A stretch of 64,000 nucleotides of DNA, taken from an uncultured Lachnospiraceae bacterium. Lineage in GTDB: Bacteria; Bacillota; Clostridia; Christensenellales; Pumilibacteraceae. The position numbers and the translations under genes are program-made. The notes below the pieces were generated by a model. It saw only the letters and a program-made list of their open reading frames with translations. It was not told the DNA's origin and did no database searches. Positions 55,747 to 64,000 of this stretch are shown here, piece by piece. Every line of letters starts with the position of its first letter. Position 1 is the stretch's first letter. The stretch spans positions 24,674 through 88,673 of the forward strand of contig CAZQAC010000001.1 in assembly GCA_964591125.1 (NCBI GenBank). The letters are read 5' to 3'.

Positions 55747-57219
55747 GTCTTTTGAAGCAACTTTCGTTCAATTCTCAAGTAAAAATTCAAATCCGTAATT
55801 ATGCGTCGACAACAGTATCGTAATAACAACTTCAAAGCTCAAAACAAGCAAACGCAATAAATTTTTCGGCACAAATAAAAATTATCATAGTATCGTAAAA
55901 AATAAAACAGGACATTTTTGCTTTTTAAATCAAGCATTATCAAAAAATACATTGACAAAAACTAATGCAAAATTACACATGCTCAAACACATTGAAACGC
56001 TATAAACATGTAATATATTGAAAATAATTTTGGGTTAATAAAATCACAAAAATTAATCTGCACAATTATTTCGGACAGAAAATAAATCGTACGCCCCAAA
56101 CCGAGCCGCATGCCTTCGTTAATATAAGTAGTTCTCGTGCATTTACGATTGCATTTTAAGATACGTTAATGTCAAGAGTAGCACTGCCAAAAAAGCCACA
56201 AATATTGCGAATATTTTACGTAATACTTTCATCTGTGGAAACCAAAAAACACAATTATTCCCGAAAAAAACACGAAACTCACAACAATATAAATTGCTCT
56301 TGTCGGCTCGTTAACGTGAAAAATACCCAATAAAACTTGAGGAATAAGCACAATAACAAAGAAAAAACAGAAAGAAATTAAAAAAACAACTCCAAAAATA
56401 ATGTTTGTACCTTTCTTAAATTGTCGTAAGTTTATAACACGAAAAATCGCCGGATTTTATTACGAATATTTTTCGTATCGATAAAAAAGCAACTATTTTT
56501 AAGCATTTTTTAGACTTTTTGCTCTTTTTTCGAACAAAGCGTTATATAGAGCAAAACATGTTTTACGAATATTTTTCGTACAGTTTTATTTTCGAAGCAT
56601 ATAAAGCCGAATAATTCTTAACCTTAAAACTTCGAAACGCTCAATGCTTTTAACACGCTCTTTTCGGCTACATTGACGCAAAGATTGTTCAATAAATCCG
56701 AGTAATGAGCACAATAGAATAGAAAATAGATGCAAATAAACTACCGCATCAACTCAAAAAACAAAGTATATCCTATTCTCCAAATATCATTAAGTTTATG
56801 ATGCGAAAAGTCGCCGTTTTCTATACGAACATTTTTCGTATATGCAAAAAAATAGCTATTTTTCAAGCGTTTTCAATACTTTTTATGGCATTTTTGAGGA
56901 AAACAAGATAATAAAGAAAAACATATTTACGAATATTTTTCGTGCTATTACAATGAAATCATTGCCAAATTCTTATTTCGAATCAGATAGAATAAAGTAA
57001 ATATACACTTTATTGAAAAATGAATAATTGACTCAAAAAAATATCGAAAAATCTACTCAAAAAACCGAATTTTTTCGCACGAGAATTATTCGTATTGCAC
57101 GATAAATCTTCGTAAATACTAAAAAACAATGCAAAAACGTGTGTTTTTGAATGTTTTTCGGGCTTTATTGCTTAAACCAAATTTACGTTTAAATTACATA
57201 AATACGAATATTATTCGTA
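55722..57219. repeat. Right array: about seven copies of the TACGAA-N5-TTCGTA palindrome in ORF-free DNA
   Basis: Copies at 55722-55738 (TACGAT half-site), 56461-56477, 56564-56580, 56824-56840, 56928-56944 (last base G), 57098-57114 (degenerate) and 57203-57219. A shortened variant lies at 57066-57077. Confidence 0.8.
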
Positions 57220-58169
57220 TAAAAACAACCCGTCAAACGAAACGTCAAAGGTAATTTCATGCTTAAACGAGTACAAAAATCAAAAAATTCGACAATACGT
57301 TTATCCCAAAAACAGACGAACAACTCACGCCTTGATTTCGATATATGCCTATAAGAAATTTTGTCAAAAATTTAAACCGCCGATAGTTCAACCTGCTTCA
57401 TAAACGTCGATTAACATAATCACGACTAAAAATCTCAACAACATGTTTTCGCGAAAATTCAAACTTACATAATTCGGTTAGAAATTTTCGTAGCTGTGAT
57501 TTATACCGTTAATTTAAAAACGACACATTTTAACAAAAGTTCAACTCGCCGAAAATCGATTAGAAATTCACACAACCGCAGCTTCTTTCGTTAATTCAAG
57601 ACAACCGTTTTTAGCAAAATACAAACTAACGCCATTCCGTTAAAAATCACCTCAAGACAATTCCCGTTGTTTTCTTTGCAGAAAATCGGAGCTCGTTGCG
57701 ATTGTATGCAAAAACAGATACGAAATTCAAAAATGCTTTTTGTACTTTTTGAATTAATCGAATTTTCAATGCCGAAAAAAATTTTTATGCCGAAAAATGT
57801 TCAACCGAATTTAAGCGTAATAAAATTTTAACGGCTATCGGTTTTTTATTTACCGCTCAACGTTCCCTTAATCAAAAATATTACGAACAAGACAATTCGA
57901 ACACTCCGACGAAACTCAATTAAACGCAATAAATTTTCCAAAGCCTTTTTCTAATATCCTTCAATAAAAAATCCTCTCGACATTATCGCACCGAGGCGTC
58001 AATCCTGTTAAACTTATTTCGGCACTGTTTGTTTCCGTTTCGTTAATTATAGACGCACGTAAAATTTCTTCTCGATAAGCGGGATTCTAAAAATAATCGC
58101 AGCCGCCCACCAAACGCTTTACTATGATCGACGTCATGATAATCTTACAAAAATCGAACCAAAATCAAT

Positions 58170-58199
58170 TTGACAAAATAAAGTCGGTTATGGTACAAT
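58170..58199 (+). promoter_or_regulatory. Candidate dnaN promoter
   Basis: TTGACA (58170-58175), an 18-nt spacer, then the extended -10 TGGTACAAT (58191-58199). It lies 40 nt upstream of the dnaN ATG, which has RBS AGAGGTG. Confidence 0.55.
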
Positions 58200-58238
58200 T
58201 AATAAGAAAATATTCGATAACCGAAAAAGAGGTGCTAT

Positions 58239-59342
58239 ATGAAATTCAACTGCAACGGCTACGACCTCGCCGACGCCGTAAACAAGGTCATAAAAGCGGT
58301 AGGGGCAAAAACGGTCAATCCCGTACTCGAAGGAATTAAAATACAAACATTGGAGGGTAGCATTAAGCTTACCTCTACCGATCTCGAACTCGCGATAGAA
58401 AAAACGATTCCGGCAGACATAACGGTAGACGGCATCGCCGTTGTTCCCGGAAGACTGTTTGCGGAATTCGTAAAGAAGCTCAATACCGAAAATATAGAGA
58501 TAAGCGTTTTCGGCGATAATAAAATGAAAATACGTTATCGCGATTCGGTCAGCGAAATAAATTGTTTGCCGGCAGACGAATATCCTGAAATCAAACCGTT
58601 AAAAGACGTTACAACCTTTACAATGCTCGGCAAAAATTTGCGCGATCTTATTAATAAAGTTTCGTTCTGTGTCTCATTGGACGAGTCTCGCCCGTTATTG
58701 AAAGGCGTACTGCTAAATGTCGAAGAAGGGGAAATTACCGCAGTGGCAACCGACGGATATCGACTTGCCAAATACGTCAAATCGCTCGAAAAATGCGATT
58801 CGAACATTACCGCAGTCGTTCCGGCACGAAGCCTGAACGAAATATCCAGGCTTATCGAAGACTCGGAACAACCGATAGAAATAGCAATTCAAAAAAGTTA
58901 TCTTGCCGTCGATCTCAAGCACACGGTAATAACGGCAAGAATTCTCGAAGGCAATTATATCAATTACAAACAAATCATTCCGCAATCTTTCGAAACAAGC
59001 GTTACGATTGCCAAAGACAGTTTTGAGGACAGCTTGGAACGTGCTATATTGCTTGCTCGTTCGGATCGCAACAATCTCGTTAAATTCGACGTACATGAAA
59101 ATATTATGGATATTTCGTCCAACAGCGAAATAGGCAACATCAACGAACATATAGACGTTAAACTCAACGGTCGCGATTTAGCCATCGCATTCAATGCAAG
59201 ATATTTTACCGAACTTATTAAATATATAGACACCGAATGTATGACAATCAATTTCAACGATCCCGTCCAACCTTGTACCGTCGTCCCGACCGGCTCGGCA
59301 GAAGATCTTTTGTATCTCGTTCTTCCTGTACGAATGATCTAA
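58239..59342 (+). CDS. dnaN: DNA polymerase III beta sliding clamp DnaN
   Basis: 367 aa. MKFNCNGYDLADAV...VNPVLEGIKI...TDLELAI...ATDGYRLA...PVRM is typical of DnaN along its whole length. Confidence 0.93.
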   Translation: MKFNCNGYDLADAVNKVIKAVGAKTVNPVLEGIKIQTLEGSIKLTSTDLELAIEKTIPADITVDGIAVVPGRLFAEFVKKLNTENIEISVFGDNKMKIRYRDSVSEINCLPADEYPEIKPLKDVTTFTMLGKNLRDLINKVSFCVSLDESRPLLKGVLLNVEEGEITAVATDGYRLAKYVKSLEKCDSNITAVVPARSLNEISRLIEDSEQPIEIAIQKSYLAVDLKHTVITARILEGNYINYKQIIPQSFETSVTIAKDSFEDSLERAILLARSDRNNLVKFDVHENIMDISSNSEIGNINEHIDVKLNGRDLAIAFNARYFTELIKYIDTECMTINFNDPVQPCTVVPTGSAEDLLYLVLPVRMI

Positions 59343-59378
59343 ATTCGTTATCACTTGTCTTGACATAAAAAGCAACAT

Positions 59379-59831
59379 ATGAAAAATCAAACGAATAAGC
59401 TGTTTTACCTCAACGATAATGATTTACGCTTTGTATGTGTGTCGGCTTTATCGGTTGCGATAAATGCGATAAAGAAAAAATACGACGTAAGCATAAAAGC
59501 CGCAAGTAATTTGGGCGGCGAATGGGTATTTACTCCCAACATAGACGAAATAAGCGTCGAAATCCCTTATTCGGGAGACGAAATGCGAGTTTGGATCGAT
59601 TCTTGGAATCTTCCGAATCATCCGCGTTGGGGTAGCGATTGGTTCGAACCCGCCACAAGCGGAGCAAATGTTTTTCATAAAAGAACATTTTATATCGCGC
59701 CCGACGGAAAAAGAGGACCAGGAAGAAACCCGATAAAAGAAAAAGGCGAATACATTATAACTTGTGAAGCCGATTCGACGTCCGATTTGTGGAATTGCAG
59801 ATTCGCTCATTTAATTATAATTATATATTAA
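59379..59831 (+). CDS. Hypothetical 150-aa protein (Trp-rich, no recognised motif)
   Basis: ORF followed by a strong terminator. No clear Shine-Dalgarno sequence. Its composition looks like that of a coding region. Confidence 0.5.
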   Translation: MKNQTNKLFYLNDNDLRFVCVSALSVAINAIKKKYDVSIKAASNLGGEWVFTPNIDEISVEIPYSGDEMRVWIDSWNLPNHPRWGSDWFEPATSGANVFHKRTFYIAPDGKRGPGRNPIKEKGEYIITCEADSTSDLWNCRFAHLIIIIY

Positions 59832-59842
59832 GGAATAAAACG

Positions 59843-59882
59843 CGTCGCGAAGTTCATCCGAAAATTTCGCGACGTTTTTTAT
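59843..59882 (+). terminator. Rho-independent terminator
   Basis: cgtcgcgaa (59843-59851) pairs perfectly with ttcgcgacg (59866-59874). Followed by TTTTTTAT. Confidence 0.8.
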
Positions 59883-59959
59883 ATTAACGGCATTTTTTCT
59901 ACTTCTAAAATAAGACCTAATTTTTCATTTTACATCTTATTAATTTGTAAAAAAATCGC

Positions 59960-59989
59960 TTTACAAACTACGCCGTCATATGCTATAAT
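59960..59989 (+). promoter_or_regulatory. Candidate promoter of the DUF1538/P-II-like/PiT operon
   Basis: TTTACA (59960-59965), an 18-nt spacer, then the extended -10 TGCTATAAT (59981-59989). The 7-bp inverted repeat TTGTAAA/TTTACAA (59945-59966) overlaps the -35. Confidence 0.55.
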
Positions 59990-60035
59990 AATGACATAAT
60001 GAAAAGTTTGTGATACTAAAAATTTTACTTATGGA

Positions 60036-61577
60036 GTGACTCAATTGAAAAAAAAGAAAAAATTTTCGGTATTGAACGACAAGAGCGTGCTCGCAGGACT
60101 ATTCAAACAGTCTTTCAGCTCGGTATTCCCGATCACGGTCATAATCGTTCTGCTATGTTTCAGTATTTGTCCCTTGCCGTCGGGCACTTTTCTCGCGTTT
60201 GTCCTCGGCGCCTTTCTTCTTATCGTGGGAATGAGCGTGTTTACATTGGGCGCGGACACTGCAATGATGCCGATAGGCGACTACATAGGCAGACAAGCGG
60301 TAAGCAAAAAAAAGATGTGGGTAATTGCGCTGGTCAGCTTTATCGTAGGAACGCTTATTACGGTTTCGGAACCGGACCTATCCGTTCTTGCCGGTCAAGT
60401 CGAAGGCGTTCCGAATATCGTTCTTATATTGGCGGTATCGTTGGGCGTGGGCGTATTTCTCGCAATCGCGATGTTGCGTAGCTTTTTGAAAATCCCGCTC
60501 AAAATAATTCTTCTCGTGCTGTACGTAGCCACTTTTACGCTGTCCTTTTTCGTCCCCAAAGAATTCGTACCGGTCGCGTTCGACTCGGGCGGAGTTACCA
60601 CGGGACCGATGAGCGTACCTTTTATAATGGCTCTCGGCGCAGGCGCGGCTTCAATGCGAAGCGATAAAAATTCCGAAAGCGATAGTTTCGGTATAATGGC
60701 GATTTGCTCTATCGGGCCTATACTCGCGGTAATGTTGCTCGGCTTGATATATCGTCCCGAAGAATCGGTTTACACTCCTACGGTTATCACTCCCATCAAC
60801 GATTCGCGCGAACTTATCGTCTCGTTTATTTCGGCTATTCCGGAATATATGGGCGAAGTCGCAAAAGCGCTGTTCCCCGTAATAATATTCTATTTTCTGT
60901 TCATGCTGTTCTGCCACAAGCCTCCGAAATCCGAATTAATAAAAATATTGATAGGAATAGTTTATACCTATTTCGGACTGGTATTGTTCTTGCTCGGCGT
61001 CAACGTCGGATTTTTACCGGCGGGCAGCTTACTCGGTACAGCCATAGCAGAACTCGATTATAATTGGATAATTATTCCGATCGGCATGATAGTAGGTTAC
61101 TTTGTCGTCGCGGCAGAACCTGCCGTCCACGCGCTCAACAAACAAGTAGGCGAAATTACGCAAGGTGCGATTCCCGAAAAAGCTCTCGGCGTTTCGTTGG
61201 GAATAGGCGTAGCGTTATCCATCGGGCTTTCGATGGCAAGAATATATTTTAATTTCAATTTGCTGTACATCTTAATTCCGGGTTACGCGATAGCGCTCGG
61301 CTTGATGTTCTTCGTTCCGGAAATATTCACCTCGATAGCGTTCGACTCAGGCGGAGTAGCGTCGGGAGCGATGACTGCGAGTTTCGTTCTTCCTCTGGCT
61401 ATAGGATACTGTATAGGAATCGGAGGCGACGTAACTCAAAGCGCGTTTGGAGTCGTTGCTATGGTCGCGATGATGCCGATAATCACCATTCAGATTCTCG
61501 GATTGCTGTATAAGCTCAAAATGAAAAAGAACGAAAAGAAAAGCAAAACAAACGAAAAAGAAGATATTATCAGTTAG
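60036..61577 (+). CDS. DUF1538-like polytopic membrane protein (internal two-fold repeat)
   Basis: About 12 TM segments. The motif is duplicated (AFDSGGVTTGPMSVPF and AFDSGGVASGAMTASF). The likely start is TTG 60045, 8 nt after GGAG. The family call is from memory. Confidence 0.6.
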   Translation: MTQLKKKKKFSVLNDKSVLAGLFKQSFSSVFPITVIIVLLCFSICPLPSGTFLAFVLGAFLLIVGMSVFTLGADTAMMPIGDYIGRQAVSKKKMWVIALVSFIVGTLITVSEPDLSVLAGQVEGVPNIVLILAVSLGVGVFLAIAMLRSFLKIPLKIILLVLYVATFTLSFFVPKEFVPVAFDSGGVTTGPMSVPFIMALGAGAASMRSDKNSESDSFGIMAICSIGPILAVMLLGLIYRPEESVYTPTVITPINDSRELIVSFISAIPEYMGEVAKALFPVIIFYFLFMLFCHKPPKSELIKILIGIVYTYFGLVLFLLGVNVGFLPAGSLLGTAIAELDYNWIIIPIGMIVGYFVVAAEPAVHALNKQVGEITQGAIPEKALGVSLGIGVALSIGLSMARIYFNFNLLYILIPGYAIALGLMFFVPEIFTSIAFDSGGVASGAMTASFVLPLAIGYCIGIGGDVTQSAFGVVAMVAMMPIITIQILGLLYKLKMKKNEKKSKTNEKEDIIS

Positions 61578-61585
61578 GAGGCAGA

Positions 61586-62257
61586 ATGAAAGGTTTACGG
61601 TATCTTATTACCATAACGCGCAGGGATTTTGCGCAAGAATACCTCGATTTTTTCGAACGTCATAATATTCAGACCGTAATGGCAACGCAAGGACGCGGTA
61701 CGGCAACGGGAACCATTCTCGAATACATGGGGTTAGAAAAAAGCGATAAAATAATGTTTCAGGCTTTTATTCGACAAAACGAAGTTCACGACTTGCTCGT
61801 CGAAATGATAAAAGACCTGAAAATAGGCGATTACGGCAACGGTATCGCGATTACGCTTCCCGTCGACGGAATGGGCGGCAAGTCCGCGCTTGAATATTTT
61901 GCGGGCAAAGTAGATTTGAATGAGGACGACATTATGAACGAATTTAAATATTCTCTTATTATTTCCGTGGTAAATCACGGTTTTACGGACGATGTTATGA
62001 ATGCGGCGCGCGCGGTAAACGCTCGCGGCGGCACTATAATCAAAGCTAAAGGCACGGGCGCCGATTATGCGAAAAAATTCTTCGGCGTTTCAATTACCGA
62101 AGAAAAAGAAATGGTCTTTATCGTTACAAAACATGAAGACAGAGATACCATTATGCGCGCAATTATGGAAAAAACGGGCAGCGATACAGACGCTCACGGC
62201 GCAGTATTCGCATTGCCGGTCGAAAGCGTCGTAGGTGTTCAAAGTCTACTCGACTAG
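61586..62257 (+). CDS. Tandem (two-domain) P-II-like signalling protein
   Basis: 223 aa made of two ~100-aa halves. Each half has a P-II-like beta-alpha-beta start followed by a G.G(T/A) loop (ITITRR...ATQGRGTATG and LIISVVNH...IKAKGTGADY). The start lies 8 nt after the DUF1538 stop. Confidence 0.5.
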   Translation: MKGLRYLITITRRDFAQEYLDFFERHNIQTVMATQGRGTATGTILEYMGLEKSDKIMFQAFIRQNEVHDLLVEMIKDLKIGDYGNGIAITLPVDGMGGKSALEYFAGKVDLNEDDIMNEFKYSLIISVVNHGFTDDVMNAARAVNARGGTIIKAKGTGADYAKKFFGVSITEEKEMVFIVTKHEDRDTIMRAIMEKTGSDTDAHGAVFALPVESVVGVQSLLD

Positions 62258-62265
62258 GAGAAATT

Positions 62266-63315
62266 ATGCAATTTTCCGAATTTTGGAACGCTTTAATTAC
62301 CCAACCGCTGCTTATTCCCGTCGTTCTGATGGTTTTCGGCGTTTGCATCGTCAACGGTTTTACCGACGCGCCGAACGCAATCGCGACATGTATTTCGACG
62401 CGTTCTCTCGGAGTATGGGCGTCTTTGATATTGGCAATGCTGTTCAACATTATCGGTTTAATCGTCATGGGCTTGGTCGCGCACGAAGTCAGCAATACGA
62501 TTCAGGAAGTCGCTTCTTTCGGCGACGATCCCAAAATCGCGATGCTTGCTCTTATAGGCGCGTTGTCCACAGTCGTGTTTTGGTCTTGCATGGCGCTTAA
62601 ACTCGGTCTTCCCACAAGCGAAAGTCATTCTCTCATAGCCGGATTAACGGGTGCGTCCGTTGCCGTTATGGGAAATTTTTCGAGCGTAAGCGGAGGAGCT
62701 TGGCTTAAAGTAGTATTGGGTTTAGTATTATCCACCTTCCTCGGATTTTTTCTCGGTTACGCGATATGCAAACTAATCGCCCTTATATGTAAAAAATGTG
62801 ACAAACGAAAAACGGACGTTTTTTTCCGTTACGCACAAATAGGCGGAGCTGCCGCTATGGCGTTCATGCACGGCGCGCAAGACGGACTTAAATTTTTGGG
62901 CGTGTTACTGATCGCCGTCGTAATAGTCGATCCTTCGCTGTCCGGCGCGGTAACGAGCGCGCCACCCGTTTGGCTGTTGTGCGTCATTCCCGTTTTCATG
63001 AGCATCGGAACGCTAATCGGCGGCAAAAAAATAATCAAATCGGTCGGCATGGACATGGTCAAATTAGAAAAATATCAAGGAAGTGCAGCGGATATGGCGT
63101 CGGCTTTGGGTTTGCTTTTTTGCTCGCTTACCGGAATACCCGTTTCTACGACGCACATGAAAACGACCGCCATTATGGGCGTCGGCGCAACAAAAAGATT
63201 TTCCGCAATCAATCTCGGAGTAGTTCGCCGAATGGTAACGAATTGGCTTTTGGTTTTTCCGGGTTGCGGACTAATTGCTTTCGGAATAACCAAACTGCTT
63301 TTATTATTTGTTTAA
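62266..63315 (+). CDS. PiT-family inorganic phosphate transporter
   Basis: 349-aa membrane protein with the N- and C-terminal PiT signatures NGFTDAPNAIAT and GIPVSTTH. Confidence 0.8.
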   Translation: MQFSEFWNALITQPLLIPVVLMVFGVCIVNGFTDAPNAIATCISTRSLGVWASLILAMLFNIIGLIVMGLVAHEVSNTIQEVASFGDDPKIAMLALIGALSTVVFWSCMALKLGLPTSESHSLIAGLTGASVAVMGNFSSVSGGAWLKVVLGLVLSTFLGFFLGYAICKLIALICKKCDKRKTDVFFRYAQIGGAAAMAFMHGAQDGLKFLGVLLIAVVIVDPSLSGAVTSAPPVWLLCVIPVFMSIGTLIGGKKIIKSVGMDMVKLEKYQGSAADMASALGLLFCSLTGIPVSTTHMKTTAIMGVGATKRFSAINLGVVRRMVTNWLLVFPGCGLIAFGITKLLLLFV

Positions 63316-63353
63316 CACATACGTAACAGCCGCGAAAGCGGAAGGAGCCAACA

Positions 63354-63974
63354 ATGGGAAAAAAAGATACTTACTATTTCGATAATTTCGTTTTATGCGC
63401 GGATTGCGCCTTACGTGCCGCGCAAATGCTCGAAAAAACGCTCGAAAATTATAACCCCGACGCCGTACTCGAACAAATGAATAAAATTCACGAAATCGAA
63501 CACGAAGGCGACGGAATCAAACACGAAACCATGAGTAAATTGGTAAAAGAATTTTTACCGCCTATCGAACGCGAAGACATAATAGAAATAAGTCAGCACA
63601 TAGACGACGTTATAGACATGATAGACGACGTTTTTATGCGGTTTTATACCTACGACGTAAAAACCGTTCGCGAAGACGCAATTGCGTTTACCAATATCAT
63701 AGTAAAATGTTGCGAAACGCTTAAAGAAATCATGGAAGAATTCGTTAACTTCAAAAAATCAAGCAAGCTTCGCGAAAAAATAATCGAAATTAACAATTAC
63801 GAAGACGAAGGCGACAGAATGTACATCGCAAACATGCACAAACTTTTCGAAACCGTTACCGATACGAAAGAGCTTATCGCTTGGCGCGAAATTTACAATT
63901 ATATGGAAAAATGTGCCGATTCGTGCGAAGACGTCGCAGACGCCATCGAATCCGTCGTTCTCAAAAACGCATAA
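63354..63974 (+). CDS. DUF47/PhoU-like phosphate transport regulator
   Basis: 206-aa helical protein. Contains IHEIEHEGD and EDEGD motifs typical of the DUF47 partner of PiT. Confidence 0.7.
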   Translation: MGKKDTYYFDNFVLCADCALRAAQMLEKTLENYNPDAVLEQMNKIHEIEHEGDGIKHETMSKLVKEFLPPIEREDIIEISQHIDDVIDMIDDVFMRFYTYDVKTVREDAIAFTNIIVKCCETLKEIMEEFVNFKKSSKLREKIIEINNYEDEGDRMYIANMHKLFETVTDTKELIAWREIYNYMEKCADSCEDVADAIESVVLKNA

Positions 63975-64000
63975 ACTGTATAAACAACGAATTAAAGCAA

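Noticed and set aside
51932-57219. Reading the TACGAA half-sites as Spo0A boxes (0A box TGNCGAA), which would make these Spo0A arrays at oriC
   Set aside because: The half-site reads TTACGAA, lacking the G at position 2 of the 0A consensus. The strict dimeric palindrome with a 5-nt spacer, plus a copy inside the adjacent XRE gene's promoter, favours that HTH protein. Spo0A binding is not excluded and is worth testing.
55700-58124. Decayed dnaA pseudogene in the 2.4-kb gap upstream of dnaN
   Set aside because: No frame has an ORF of 60 aa or more. I could not spot any DnaA-like peptide (Walker A GxxGxGKT, or the box-binding helix) in the stop-rich translations. The DNA is repeat-structured. 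TBLASTN would be needed to exclude very old remnants.

Overview
64-kb chromosomal window from a low-GC, Spo0A-encoding (Clostridia-like) Firmicute; it appears to span the replication-origin region. The window has five parts. (1) 1-1.5 kb is the end of an ABC-2 exporter. (2) 1.6-18.6 kb is a 13-gene, ~17-kb minus-strand operon. It combines its own GrpE-like factor, three DUF1292-like proteins, two full Hsp70 ATPases and a giant protein with a J-like segment and a double zinc ribbon. It also encodes two paralogous zinc-ribbon P-loop GTPases (one membrane-anchored), a 922-aa protein with no motif I recognise, and three membrane or small proteins. A divergent XRE regulator sits next to it. This is my main candidate for an undescribed system. 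(3) 19-51 kb holds housekeeping genes (truA, glmM, glmS, plsY, spo0A) interleaved with accessory loci. These are a ThuA / Gfo-Idh-MocA / xylose-isomerase-like TIM-barrel cluster with an AraC regulator, two giant surface lipoproteins (1829 aa with Listeria-Bacteroides repeats; 1219 aa with Big_2 and CotH), a GDPD-like protein with a degenerate active site, a MATE pump, and a GH2 glycosidase with an AraC regulator. (4) 51.7-58.2 kb is about 5 kb of ORF-free, A-rich DNA interrupted only by parB and a 75-aa XRE HTH gene. It carries four perfect DnaA boxes, two perfect parS sites and about 13 copies of a 17-bp palindrome (TACGAA-N5-TTCGTA) arranged in higher-order repeats. No dnaA, soj, recF or gyrB is present. 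(5) 58.2-64 kb holds dnaN, an orphan ORF, DUF1538 plus a tandem P-II-like protein, and PiT plus a DUF47/PhoU-like protein. I recognised no rRNA, tRNA, CRISPR array or transposase/integrase. All family calls come from motifs read by eye in the translated ORFs; no database search was possible.
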